Positions 26,231 through 35,671 of a DNA stretch of 64,000 bases are shown in pieces. The stretch's first letter is position 1, and every line of letters starts with the position of its first letter. Source of the stretch: Bacillota bacterium (lineage in GTDB: Bacteria > Bacillota > Clostridia > Christensenellales > UBA1431); the NCBI GenBank assembly GCA_049324235.1, contig JBMOLJ010000060.1:135-64134 (forward strand), written 5' to 3'. Under the pieces are notes generated by a model that saw nothing but the letters and a program-made list of their open reading frames with translations, was not told the origin of the DNA and did not search any database. Position numbers and translations under genes: made by a program.

Positions 26231-27463
26231 TCAATCTCCGGCAGGCCCGGGGAGCGTAAGCCGCACCGATGTCCCCTCTCCTGGTGCGCTTTTGACTGTC
26301 ATGCTGAATTTGTCCCCGTAGGCATAGGCCAGCCGTTTATATATATTGGAAATGCCCATGCCGGCAGATTTCGCGTTCAGGGACTGCCCCCCGTCAAATT
26401 CGAGGACTTCGCCCAGCCGTTCCCTGCTCATCCCCATACCGTTGTCTACGATTTCGAAAATAGCGCTGTCCTCTGCTATGTATCCGAACAGTTTTACGAA
26501 ACCGTCGGATTCTTTGAGTTCCAGGCCGTGGATGACGCTGTTTTCGACAAAAGGCAGCAGGATAGCGGAAGGTATCAAATAGTCCCGTACCTCCGGCGCG
26601 ACATCGACCGCATAGGAAAGCTTACTGCCGTACCGTATGGACTGAATCTTCAGATATCTTTCAACCTGTCCGATTTCCTCGTTCACGGATATTTTAACGT
26701 CCTTATGCCTGGCCGAGAAACGCAGCATCTCGGCCAGAAGATAGACAAGCTCCTGCGTCTTGTCCGCCTTTTCTATCAAAGCCAAGCTCCCTACCGTATT
26801 TAACACGTTAAACAAAAAATGCGGATTGATCTGGGCGTGCAGCGCTTTTATCTCTGAATCCTTCAATGCCCTTTCCAGAACGACTCTGGCCTTCATCTCT
26901 TCGACCAGCTTTTGGTTGTTGCTTTTTAATTCCTCGTGCATGCTTTGCAGCATGTCTTTTTCAACAATACTCTTCACCACCATGAACATCAGACGGGTGC
27001 TCGCAGCGATTTTATCGCATTTAACGACGGGAAGCCTGTTATACGCGTCCAGAATCTCCTTGTTGTCCAGAAGCCCGCTGGTGGGCTTTACAATAAAATC
27101 TATCCGTTCCATCTCCTCGTCGGGGAGCTTCACCTGTCCCGCCATGAAGGATGCCATGTACTGCCCGCGTATGATAATGGGAACGGCGAAGTCGATGAGG
27201 CCCGAGTGGCACTTGTATATGGCGGGCTTCCCCAGCCTTGCTGCCTCCAGGCCTCCATGCGCATCGGACTGGCAGCAGCATTGGCAATACTTTTCATTGT
27301 TTCGCATAAGCATGCAAAAATCGGTAAAATTGCTGTATTTCGTTACCGGCTCTCCCCGGTAGTCTATGATTACGGCCGCAAATCCGGTCGCCTGCGAAAA
27401 TTCGTCCTGTATTTCCTGCAGCAGGTCTTCATTGATAAAATCCTTGAGATGATACAGCTCCAT
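26231..27463 (-). CDS. Cytoplasmic PocR-domain sensor histidine kinase (LytS/YesM type)
   Basis: N-terminal PocR domain (TGFAAVIIDYRGEPVT...CxxxxxxxxxCQCCCQSD...YKCHSGL), His_kinase H-box LHAQINPHFLFN, and HATPase_c. No TM segment. Confidence 0.85.
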   Translation of the reverse strand: MELYHLKDFINEDLLQEIQDEFSQATGFAAVIIDYRGEPVTKYSNFTDFCMLMRNNEKYCQCCCQSDAHGGLEAARLGKPAIYKCHSGLIDFAVPIIIRGQYMASFMAGQVKLPDEEMERIDFIVKPTSGLLDNKEILDAYNRLPVVKCDKIAASTRLMFMVVKSIVEKDMLQSMHEELKSNNQKLVEEMKARVVLERALKDSEIKALHAQINPHFLFNVLNTVGSLALIEKADKTQELVYLLAEMLRFSARHKDVKISVNEEIGQVERYLKIQSIRYGSKLSYAVDVAPEVRDYLIPSAILLPFVENSVIHGLELKESDGFVKLFGYIAEDSAIFEIVDNGMGMSRERLGEVLEFDGGQSLNAKSAGMGISNIYKRLAYAYGDKFSMTVKSAPGEGTSVRLTLPGPAGD

Positions 27464-27740
27464 GCCTTTTGCACTCCTTTTCACGCTCTTATGACCACAT
27501 TTGCAGGCGTCCGCTGCGATTCATACCATGGTTTATTGTAACATGCCTTGCCTGAAAAAATAAAAGCACTTACCGGTCAACACCATGCACATTATTGTCC
27601 TTGCCGTACCAGTGCCGCGCACCCCTGCAAGATGCATAACGTCTATACGGGAATTTTTACATATAGTTGGATGAGGCAGTTCGTGCTATAGTTAGTTCAA
27701 GGGAAAATATACCAGTGAGGCTATCAGAGGAGGCTAAGCA

Positions 27741-28478
27741 GTGAAAAAGCGTATTGTGCGGATGGCATTGACCATCCTCGTTCCGGTATGCATCGTATTG
27801 GCAATCACGGGGTGCAAGGACGGCGTGATCGGCAACGGACAGGCGGTAACAAAAGAAATTCAAATAAGCGACGCGCTGACGGGCGTTATAAATACCGGAT
27901 CGTTCGAGGTTACCATCGACCCGTCGCTGAAAGGCAAGGCCGTCCTTGAGGGGGAAAGCAACATCCTGGACCTGGTGGAAGCCGGACAGAACGCCGACGG
28001 CGTATTCGAAATCGCTTTCAAGCCAGCCGCCATCCTGTCCCTGCGGACGGTAAAGGCGCGTATTCCGGCGGTAAACGGCGGGATATTCAGGATTGACGGC
28101 ACAGGGAGCATCAGGCTCGACGGAGACAACGCGCTTAAAGGTGATATTTTTGACCTGCAGATAAACGGTACAGGCAGCATGAAACTTAACCTTAACGCCA
28201 CACAGCTCAGGGCGGTGATATCGGGCACGGGCAATGTGGACGTAACAGGTGAAGCCGGCAAATCGGAAATAGAGATAAACGGGACGGGGAATTTCAATGG
28301 CCTCGATTGCAAAGCGGCATCGGCAAATGTCCGTATTTCCGGGAGCGGAAACGCATATGTCAATACAAGCGGCGCGCTTACCTGCAGCATCTTTGGTTCG
28401 GGCAACGTCGTCTATAAGGGCAACCCTGCGAAGATATCGGCTGACGGCGGCGGCAGCGGAAAGGTGAACAAGTACTGA
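27741..28478 (+). CDS. Lipoprotein with DUF2807 / GIN (adhesin-head-like) beta-helix domain
   Basis: GTG start with GAGGAGG upstream and lipobox AITGC. Repeated xGTGxxxL / GSGNxxV rungs. Confidence 0.8.
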   Translation: MKKRIVRMALTILVPVCIVLAITGCKDGVIGNGQAVTKEIQISDALTGVINTGSFEVTIDPSLKGKAVLEGESNILDLVEAGQNADGVFEIAFKPAAILSLRTVKARIPAVNGGIFRIDGTGSIRLDGDNALKGDIFDLQINGTGSMKLNLNATQLRAVISGTGNVDVTGEAGKSEIEINGTGNFNGLDCKAASANVRISGSGNAYVNTSGALTCSIFGSGNVVYKGNPAKISADGGGSGKVNKY

Positions 28479-28639
28479 GTAATGCAGCAGTTTCAGGGTG
28501 TAGCCAAAAACGGCTGTAAACCGCGTGGAAGCGTCAATTTGATTGCTGAGACAGGCAGAATCATAGTATAATGTGTCAAAGGTTGTAATAATTGGGAAAT
28601 TTGACGGGAATTTTTGAATAATGGTTGGGAGGAAAAAAA

Positions 28640-29671
28640 ATGAGTTCTCGATTCTGCCCGCAATGCGGGAAAGAGCTGGATGCGAACGCGCAGTTCTGCA
28701 TATACTGCGGAGCGAACCAGACGCTTCAACCGGCTGCGCAGGCGCCGCCGGAGCCGCCGCCCGTGGCATATCCGCAGCCGGTAAATGCCGGGGCAAGACC
28801 GCCGCGCAAAAAATGGCCGATTTTTGTCATCATCGGGGTTGCCGCCGTCGTCATTGCTGCCGCGGCGCTTCTCCTCACCGGCGTTATCAAGCTGGGCGGC
28901 GCTGCCTTCGCACCGGCTGATATTAACGGGGAATGGAGCGCACAGATGTCCCTGGACGACGTCATCGGCACCGGGAGCGAAGCCGACAGCTTGAGGCAGT
29001 ATAAAGGACAGACGCGATCAGGAGATGTTAATATTACCCTGGATCAAAACGGAAAGGGAACGGCGGAAATTAATAATGCAACGTATCCGGCCGAGCTTAC
29101 AGGTTCCAGCCTGGTTATAAAGGGGCAGGCGCAGTATGGTGCATCCGATACGGTGGATTATACGGGCAGCATTACGAAAACCGCCGATGGATATGCGATC
29201 ACCGGGAGTTATTCGAGCACGCAGTCGGGCCTAACCATCAAGGGTCAGTTGAAGATGCAGAAAAGCGGCGGCGCGCAAAACACCTCTACGCCCATAGCCA
29301 CGGAGGCGCCATATTACACGCCCATGCCCACACCCTATCCCACATATTCATACACAACCGAGCCTACCGCATATACAACGCAACAAACCACTATGCTCGA
29401 AGGGACATATCAGTGTATGTATGATGTGGATAACAGTAATGCTGCTTTAATTGAATTTAAAACCGACGGCACCTGTGTGACATATACTACAGAGGAAACC
29501 GAACGCGTACCGGGTACTTATATTCTTAGCGGCAATACGCTCAGCCTCACGCGCTATCCGATCGGCAAGGAAACCGAGTACTATACGTATCAAATCTCCA
29601 TGGGTACAGGCCAGTTTACGCTGACGAACCCGTCAACAGGCCAGACCAAAACCTTTGTCCAGGTAGAATAA
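28640..29671 (+). CDS. Zinc-ribbon membrane protein with extracellular domains
   Basis: FCPQCGKEL..FCIYCG zinc ribbon, a Pro-rich spacer, one TM segment, and a C-terminal lipocalin-like domain. GGGAGG RBS before the ATG at 28640. Confidence 0.75.
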   Translation: MSSRFCPQCGKELDANAQFCIYCGANQTLQPAAQAPPEPPPVAYPQPVNAGARPPRKKWPIFVIIGVAAVVIAAAALLLTGVIKLGGAAFAPADINGEWSAQMSLDDVIGTGSEADSLRQYKGQTRSGDVNITLDQNGKGTAEINNATYPAELTGSSLVIKGQAQYGASDTVDYTGSITKTADGYAITGSYSSTQSGLTIKGQLKMQKSGGAQNTSTPIATEAPYYTPMPTPYPTYSYTTEPTAYTTQQTTMLEGTYQCMYDVDNSNAALIEFKTDGTCVTYTTEETERVPGTYILSGNTLSLTRYPIGKETEYYTYQISMGTGQFTLTNPSTGQTKTFVQVE

Positions 29672-29697
29672 TAATGGTGAAACTTCGAGCCATGCAA

Positions 29698-29730
29698 ACA
29701 GCGTCCGGGAAAACCCGGACGCTGTTTTAT
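29698..29730. terminator. Terminator between convergent genes
   Basis: ACAGCGTCCGGG-aaaa-CCCGGACGCTGT 12-bp stem followed by TTTAT. Confidence 0.65.
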
Positions 29731-29736
29731 TGTACA

Positions 29737-31053
29737 TCAGGTTGCCTTGAAATCGATGCATAATATATATTTTTCATTCTCGATATTCCTGAAAACTTTG
29801 GAATAGGTTATGCAAAGATTCCCCGTAGCAAGGGAAACGTAAGGCTCGGTGATATATTTGTTCAGTTTTGCGTTTACAGGGCGGTAGTAATATTTCTTCA
29901 TGGAATGGTCCGTACCTGTCCGCGCCAGATAAAAAACCGGATTCTCTTTGACATCGCTACCGCTAATGGTTTTCCCGACCTGTATTCCATACGCGTCAAG
30001 GATATACGCGCATTCAATATTTTCGTTCGTATGTACGATTTCCGCAAGGCGGTTATCGAAATGCTGCTCGGGCGTCCTTACCAGTATCATAAGCGCATCG
30101 CTCATCACCGTATTCAGCTGCTCATATCTTTGTTCCTCCTCCTTGATGATGAAATTCATATATTCTTTGAAGCTGTTGTTAAGGATCTCTATCTTCCTGC
30201 CCAGAAATGCATCGGTTTCCCTGTACATTTCCTGCGGCCTGGAGAAATAAAATCCCTGAATCATATGCCCGCCGTGCCGGAGTATCTGTATGGCCTCTTC
30301 CTCGGTCTCCACCCCCTCCGCGACAACGAGCGCTCCGATGGTATTCGCCAGGTTTATCATCGATTTAAAGACCTCCTGTTTGTGGTAATCGTTATGTATG
30401 TTCCTTATCAGGGACATATCGGTCTTTATGATATCCGGTTTTGCGAGCGGTATCCTGTTGAGGTTTGAAAAACCGGCTCCAACGTCATCCAACGCTATCA
30501 AAAATCCGTTTTCCCGGTATATGTCGATAAAATTCCTTAAGGCTGCATTATCCTGCACCTTTATTTCGTTTACTTCGATGACAACATTGTTTGGGTTTAT
30601 TTTATGCCTGTTCACCTGATTCAATAAAAACTTTGAACCTGCCACCTTATCCAAAATGGATGCGTCGATATTTAGAAACAGGAGTTTATCCTTATTGTCT
30701 TCATAAATACCGGTGAAAGCCTCAAGAACCATCTCCCTGCATAACCTGTCCAGCTCGAGCGTTACCCCTGCATCCTGCGCGGCATCGAAAAGCAGGATGG
30801 GCGGAATAAGCTGATTCGTTTCCGTATTCAACCCGCGAACCAGTCCCTCCAAACCCAGAACCTTTTTCCTGTTTGGGGAGATCACCGGCTGAAAATGTAC
30901 TGTTATTTTCTTGTTTTTGATTACATCGCTTATATTGAAAGTATCCTGCTGTTCCCGTTCCCATAGCACCTGCATCAACACATAACCTTTCAAATTTTGT
31001 TTTAAACTATGTTTTAAAAGTAGTTTTCCTTTCTGAAACAGTTTGAACGCCAA
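29737..31053 (-). CDS. EAL-domain c-di-GMP phosphodiesterase with C-terminal Cache/PDC-like domain
   Basis: LEGLVR (EGL variant of EAL), IEVNE, ALDDVGAG, KTD, AEGVETEEE and QGFYFSRP catalytic motifs are all present. The C-terminal YxSxxTGxxxIT pattern is Cache-like. The start may be the internal ATG at 30975. Confidence 0.85.
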   Translation of the reverse strand: MAFKLFQKGKLLLKHSLKQNLKGYVLMQVLWEREQQDTFNISDVIKNKKITVHFQPVISPNRKKVLGLEGLVRGLNTETNQLIPPILLFDAAQDAGVTLELDRLCREMVLEAFTGIYEDNKDKLLFLNIDASILDKVAGSKFLLNQVNRHKINPNNVVIEVNEIKVQDNAALRNFIDIYRENGFLIALDDVGAGFSNLNRIPLAKPDIIKTDMSLIRNIHNDYHKQEVFKSMINLANTIGALVVAEGVETEEEAIQILRHGGHMIQGFYFSRPQEMYRETDAFLGRKIEILNNSFKEYMNFIIKEEEQRYEQLNTVMSDALMILVRTPEQHFDNRLAEIVHTNENIECAYILDAYGIQVGKTISGSDVKENPVFYLARTGTDHSMKKYYYRPVNAKLNKYITEPYVSLATGNLCITYSKVFRNIENEKYILCIDFKAT

Positions 31054-31241
31054 AAAACAAAAAACGCCTGACAGAAAGAAATCCTGTAAGCGTCTTTGCT
31101 TATCTCAGGTAAGCAGTCTCACCAGCATTGAACAACATCCAAGATACATAATAAACTTTCAAACGGTTTAAGAAACAGGATTGCCGTATGTTACAGGGAA
31201 TAATCTGGCATTTTCCGTACCTCCGGCATCAAAACGGTGAT

Positions 31242-31592
31242 TCAGGCCTGTTCAGGGCCAAGGTCAACGGTCGTAAAGTACGTTCCCAGCATCATGGAAT
31301 ATCCCATCACGCAGGTTACCCTTCCCGATATCTGCTCACCGTACTTTTCCTTTAAAGGCATAAACACCTCCGCCGGTGTCCCCCGCAGTAATACTTCCGC
31401 ATCGGTAAAATCTATGGTAACGCATCCGTCAGTGTCGTCTTTATGGACTTTGGGAGGTTTTCCCTGCCTGCTCTTTGAAGCCAGTATAAACGCGCGTATG
31501 GGGCTGTCTTTGAGGAGCATTTCCTTTGCCGCCGCCTGCGCCCGCACCTTCATTTTACCGCCCACCGCAAAAAAATCAACGTTCATCATCAT
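31242..31592 (-). CDS. Small protein of unknown function, start overlapping the stop of the VWA gene
   Basis: ATGATGATG start overlaps the TAA of the upstream gene (TAATGATGATG). No recognisable family. Confidence 0.5.
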   Translation of the reverse strand: MMMNVDFFAVGGKMKVRAQAAAKEMLLKDSPIRAFILASKSRQGKPPKVHKDDTDGCVTIDFTDAEVLLRGTPAEVFMPLKEKYGEQISGRVTCVMGYSMMLGTYFTTVDLGPEQA

Positions 31593-32722
31593 TACCCTTC
31601 CGCAATATCGCATACCACGCTTTCCCCGAACGGGGGTTTCTTCCCCCCGGGGGTAAGTACCCACAGCGTTTTCTGGTTGGCGAATCCAGGCGCGGGGCCG
31701 TCGCCGTCCGTAAATATGATGAGCAGGGGAATCCGCATGGAATCGGCCAGCGCGAACACCGGCCTGAAATCCGTTCCGCCGCTCTTGACGCGCACGGAAT
31801 CCAACGCAAACCGCCTTGCGGGCACGGGTTTTGTACAGGTGGTGTCGAACCGGGTAACCATCATGGAAACGCCCGTGATTTCATGGATGCTCAGCACTTC
31901 CGAATAAAACGCGTTAAATGTTTGAAGCGGGATGGAGCCGCTCTCGTCGACGGCAACAAGCACGTCGATGCCCGATGTATGCTTGTTCCCCGGAAAATCG
32001 TCGAAGCGTTTGGATACCCTTTTATAGGATTTACGGGTGAAAAACCTTCCTCTTCCGGTAATAAACCGTTTAAGTATGCTCCTCCAGTTGAGCCTGTCTG
32101 AACGGTACACCGTATCGAGATGCATGCTTAAGGCAGCGCTGGTTTCTCCCCCGTCGGACGCGTAGCGCACCTTGTCCGAAAGCAGCCCTTTCATTACGGC
32201 ATAGGCGGAAGCGTCATCGTTGTCCTCAATGGTATCGCATTCTACCTGCGACCCGTTGCTCAGTATGATTTTGATATTGACGCTGGTTTGCAGTATGCCG
32301 GGCAAACCGGGGCTGTTTTTGATCACGTCGTAGTATTCTTCCGCGCTTGCCGATTCCCGCAATCCCGCCACTTCCGAGCGCATAGCGGAAACCGTGACCG
32401 CATCTTCTGTAAGCATATGCGGCGGGATATGCTCGTTGACCGCCATATCGCAGGCAGTGGCCCAGAGCGCCTCCTCCCTGCCGTTCCTCCTGAAGGGGTG
32501 CAGCAGCATCAGGTGCAATAACTGATGCAATAAAGCGCCCACCGCAATATCAGGGTGCAGGGATTCGAGCCACCCGGGATTGTATATTATCCTGGGAAAC
32601 GCATCAAAAGCGCATGCGATTTTTGCCGTATTCCCCGGGGCAATAGGCAGGGACGCGGCCACATGCCCGTAGAAAGGCTGTTCAAGCAGCAACCGTATTA
32701 GGATCTCCTGCATCTTCATCAT
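31592..32722 (-). CDS. VWA-domain protein with N-terminal DUF2201-type putative metallopeptidase domain
   Basis: N-terminal LLLEQPFYGH and HQLLHLMLLH segment. MIDAS-like VAVDESGS and FTDG motifs in the C-terminal half. Confidence 0.75.
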   Translation of the reverse strand: MMKMQEILIRLLLEQPFYGHVAASLPIAPGNTAKIACAFDAFPRIIYNPGWLESLHPDIAVGALLHQLLHLMLLHPFRRNGREEALWATACDMAVNEHIPPHMLTEDAVTVSAMRSEVAGLRESASAEEYYDVIKNSPGLPGILQTSVNIKIILSNGSQVECDTIEDNDDASAYAVMKGLLSDKVRYASDGGETSAALSMHLDTVYRSDRLNWRSILKRFITGRGRFFTRKSYKRVSKRFDDFPGNKHTSGIDVLVAVDESGSIPLQTFNAFYSEVLSIHEITGVSMMVTRFDTTCTKPVPARRFALDSVRVKSGGTDFRPVFALADSMRIPLLIIFTDGDGPAPGFANQKTLWVLTPGGKKPPFGESVVCDIAEG

Positions 32723-32736
32723 GTACCCCGCACCGG

Positions 32737-33843
32737 CTACAACGCCGCAACAATGGCTTTTTGTATGCGCGCAAAGCTGGACAGCTCGTCACTTAGCGTA
32801 TCGAGAAGCTCCGGCCTTTTGTCGGCAATAAGCCGGAAAAATACGATGCACAGCTCATCCGGCAAAAGACCGGTGAACAGGTCGAGATTGTGCAGATGAA
32901 CCTGCGTGTTCTCACAGAAAGCTGCACATTTGCGCACAAGCAGCGTCAGAATATCCATCCGTTTGAGCCGGATCAGGCGTTCGGCCTCCGGTCGGACGCT
33001 TTCAAAATCGTTCAGGATGGCTGCCGCCCTAGGAATGCTGAACTCCGGATCGGCAATAAAGCAAAAGAACTCGGTCGCCACTTCATGCCCTATGATGCCC
33101 GATACAAGTTCGAGCATAATGCTTTTTTCGAGGTTGCACCGGTTCATCAGTTCCTGTACCCGCGTCCAGCCCCTGGGCGTGGGCGCTTTCGCCAGGGCCG
33201 TGGAGTCCGCCGCGTTCTTTGTGATGAGCAGGCTCTCCGGGTTTGCCTGCAGATACGCCAGAACGCTGTCGCACGGCTCGTTCTGCAGGGAATAGGCGAT
33301 ATAATCATCCAGGTTCGTATGGATTTCTATGGATATGAACCGGTCGATCATAGCATCGTCCAGCACGCCGACGGCGTAATTCATCGTGTCGGGGTTCATG
33401 GTTATGCCTATCTTCCAGCCGCCGGCCAGCGCGTGCCCGTTGATCTTCTTTTCCAGGAGCAGCGGATACAGCACGGACACCGTATCGCTGGGGACCCTGT
33501 TGATCTCTTCGAGCACCAGCAGCCCTTCGGGCCGAAACAGTCCTTCGCTGACGGCCTGCCGCGTGGGGAGGAACTGGGGCGCGAGATATCGGGTAAGGCC
33601 CTTTTCCCTGTCCTTATCGGGCAGGCCCATGAAGTCCGGCCCTTCCAGCGCGGCGGCGTAGAGCGCCAGATGGTCCACGCCCATTTCCGCGGCGCACTGT
33701 TGGAAAATCGATGTCTTCCCCACGCCTCTTTCGCTGACCAGCGCGATAACGCTGTCCGTTTTTCGGAAGATTTCTTTGATACACTCCTTGGCAAGGCTTA
33801 TCCGCACAGAAAACACCCCGATCGATATGTATTTATATGTCAA
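32737..33843 (-). CDS. MoxR-like AAA+ ATPase (AAA_5 type)
   Basis: Walker A SERGVGKTS and Walker B LLVLEEIN. The start is uncertain: TTG at 33843, or GTG at 33807 which has a GGGGTG RBS. Confidence 0.8.
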   Translation of the reverse strand: MTYKYISIGVFSVRISLAKECIKEIFRKTDSVIALVSERGVGKTSIFQQCAAEMGVDHLALYAAALEGPDFMGLPDKDREKGLTRYLAPQFLPTRQAVSEGLFRPEGLLVLEEINRVPSDTVSVLYPLLLEKKINGHALAGGWKIGITMNPDTMNYAVGVLDDAMIDRFISIEIHTNLDDYIAYSLQNEPCDSVLAYLQANPESLLITKNAADSTALAKAPTPRGWTRVQELMNRCNLEKSIMLELVSGIIGHEVATEFFCFIADPEFSIPRAAAILNDFESVRPEAERLIRLKRMDILTLLVRKCAAFCENTQVHLHNLDLFTGLLPDELCIVFFRLIADKRPELLDTLSDELSSFARIQKAIVAAL

Positions 33844-34030
33844 TTTGAACAGAATTCTTTGTTAATATAATAACACATTTGAGGCATATGGGGTATTGCA
33901 AATACAAAATTGCCCGCAAACAGGTGTTTGCAGGCTTCGTTCATCACATGATTTTATCGTTCTTTCTAATTCTCATATCAAAATTGGGCCATAAAAACAT
34001 CATAATCATATACATAGAAAAAGGGGGTGA

Positions 34031-34315
34031 TTGGTTTTGCATACACATGCATTCAAAGGCGTGACTACATATATAGATGGCCATTTGCATCTGTTCTCAG
34101 GAGTCTCAAGTGCCAGCCCGGATGTGCCGGGTCATACCCACTATATAACCGGGACCACCACAATAAGCAACGGCCATTCACATAGCTTTAATCTGATTAC
34201 CCATACGCAAACGAATGTTAATTCAGGACACTATCATTATTATCAAGGAGATACAGCCATCGTACTCGGGCATAGTCATCCTATGGAAAGCACTACTTTT
34301 GTATTGGGAGAATAA
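34031..34315 (+). CDS. YmaF-family His-rich protein
   Basis: Repeated GHxH / HSH units (HTHAF, GHLHLF, GHTHYI, GHSHSF, GHYHYY, GHSHPM). TTG start at 34031 or 34037, after GGGGGT. Confidence 0.65.
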   Translation: MVLHTHAFKGVTTYIDGHLHLFSGVSSASPDVPGHTHYITGTTTISNGHSHSFNLITHTQTNVNSGHYHYYQGDTAIVLGHSHPMESTTFVLGE

Positions 34316-34418
34316 TGGAAGCTTGGCTCAAATCTTTAAAACGCCATCATCTCACAAGGGCAGGATGCACGCCCAAAAACTGAAAATTATAATAACAGAG
34401 GGCGTTCATATCCATCAT

Positions 34419-34568
34419 TCACCCGTCGTTCGGGTTGTTTTCCTCGCTGTAGACGACCCGGACATTCTCCGGCAAACCTATTCCGTTATTGGCACGCCGG
34501 GCTTCAGCTTCCTTTAGAAAATGGGATGCAGGCTTTTTACCGCCGTCCTTTTTTTTATCCTTTTTCAT
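34419..34568 (-). CDS. 49-aa basic small protein (below the ORF-track cutoff)
   Basis: GAGGAGG lies 6 nt upstream of the ATG at 34568. Sequence: MKKDKKKDGGKKPASHFLKEAEARRANNGIGLPENVRVVYSEENNPNDG. Convergent with ymaF. Confidence 0.45.
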   Translation of the reverse strand: MKKDKKKDGGKKPASHFLKEAEARRANNGIGLPENVRVVYSEENNPNDG

Positions 34569-34674
34569 CGTTTACCTCCTCAAACGTTTTTATTAGTCTG
34601 TGCATTCGATAGGCGGCATAATCATGCTATTAAAGTTGAATGGAATCCGGCTGAACCCTAAAATTGTTTAAAGC

Positions 34675-34709
34675 GCAAAAAAGCCGGTTTTATAAAACAC
34701 CGGCTTTCA
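34675..34709 (-). terminator. Terminator at the end of the Tad operon
   Basis: On the minus strand: AAGCCGGT-gttttataa-AACCGGCTT followed by TTTTTGCGC. Confidence 0.65.
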
Positions 34710-34728
34710 GACGGATTTGGCACGGTTG

Positions 34729-35637
34729 TTAAACCGCTTCCTCCATGGTATCATGCGGCACTCGGGCATCACTCAGGCTCTCCATGCACCTCACGGAGGC
34801 AGTGAAGCTTTCCTGCAGGCGCTGCATGCACAGTTGCTGGCTGCGCAATATGCCCCTGCAGCGCTGAAGGAGAGCGTTTCTCTCCGCATCGCAGCGCTCC
34901 TGCCATCTGACGGCCTCCTTTTCATAATGTTCCTTTTCCCGGGCGATCTGTTGGTTCATTTCCTGGGCAAGCCGGTACTGGAATTCGAGCATCTCATATT
35001 GGGCCTGCATCTGCACCAGTTCTTCAGCCTGTGCCATGCAAAGCGCTTCCGTTTTCTCGATCTGCGCTTTCTGCTCCGCTGCCGCCCTGGTTTGCGCTTC
35101 CAGCCGCAGATTCAACTGATAGCATTCCTCAGCCCTGGCCTGCGCCTGTCTGTGGATCTGTTCGAATTGCTCGATTTTGCTCTCGGCTTCCAGCTGTACC
35201 TTCTTTTTTTCTTCCAGTTCCTTATGGAGTTCTTCCGTTTCCTGTTCGAGCTGCCTGAGCTTTTCCGTAAGGCCTTCCACATCCTTCCGGTACACGGCCT
35301 CCATATTCTGAAACCGCCCGTATTCCTCTTTGGGCAACGCCACAAGTCCCTGCTCTTTGAGATGGGCATTACAGCGCTGAGCAGTGTTTTCCAATTCCCG
35401 CTCCAAAGCACGTACCCGTTCCGATTGTTCATCCCGTTCCCTGGTCATCGCGAGAAGGCTGGTGCGCATTTCCTCATACCGCTCCTGGTATACCGCTTCC
35501 ATGTTGCGCAGCCTGCCAAGCAGCTTTTCCACATACTGGTCCACTTCTTTGGTGCGGTAGCTTCCCCAGTGCTTCTTCAAAGCATCTTCCTGGGCCTGTC
35601 CGGCCCTGATCTGTTCCAGCAGTCCGTCTGTCGTCAT
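34729..35637 (-). CDS. Coiled-coil protein with DivIVA-like N-terminal motif
   Basis: AAGGAGG RBS. N-terminal WGSYRTKEVDQYVEKLL resembles the DivIVA GYxxxEVDxFL motif. The rest is E/Q/K/R/L heptad-rich. Confidence 0.7.
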   Translation of the reverse strand: MTTDGLLEQIRAGQAQEDALKKHWGSYRTKEVDQYVEKLLGRLRNMEAVYQERYEEMRTSLLAMTRERDEQSERVRALERELENTAQRCNAHLKEQGLVALPKEEYGRFQNMEAVYRKDVEGLTEKLRQLEQETEELHKELEEKKKVQLEAESKIEQFEQIHRQAQARAEECYQLNLRLEAQTRAAAEQKAQIEKTEALCMAQAEELVQMQAQYEMLEFQYRLAQEMNQQIAREKEHYEKEAVRWQERCDAERNALLQRCRGILRSQQLCMQRLQESFTASVRCMESLSDARVPHDTMEEAV

Positions 35638-35671
35638 TTATTTTCAGTCCTCCTTTTATACGTCCGTTCAG

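Noticed and set aside
27657-28796. 379-aa minus-strand ORF, one of the longest unassigned ORFs in the track.
   Set aside because: It lies antisense to two well-supported plus-strand genes (the GIN-domain lipoprotein and the zinc-ribbon protein, each with an RBS and signal/lipobox or Zn-ribbon features). It has no RBS and an Arg/Ala/Pro-rich composition typical of open antisense frames in GC-rich coding DNA.
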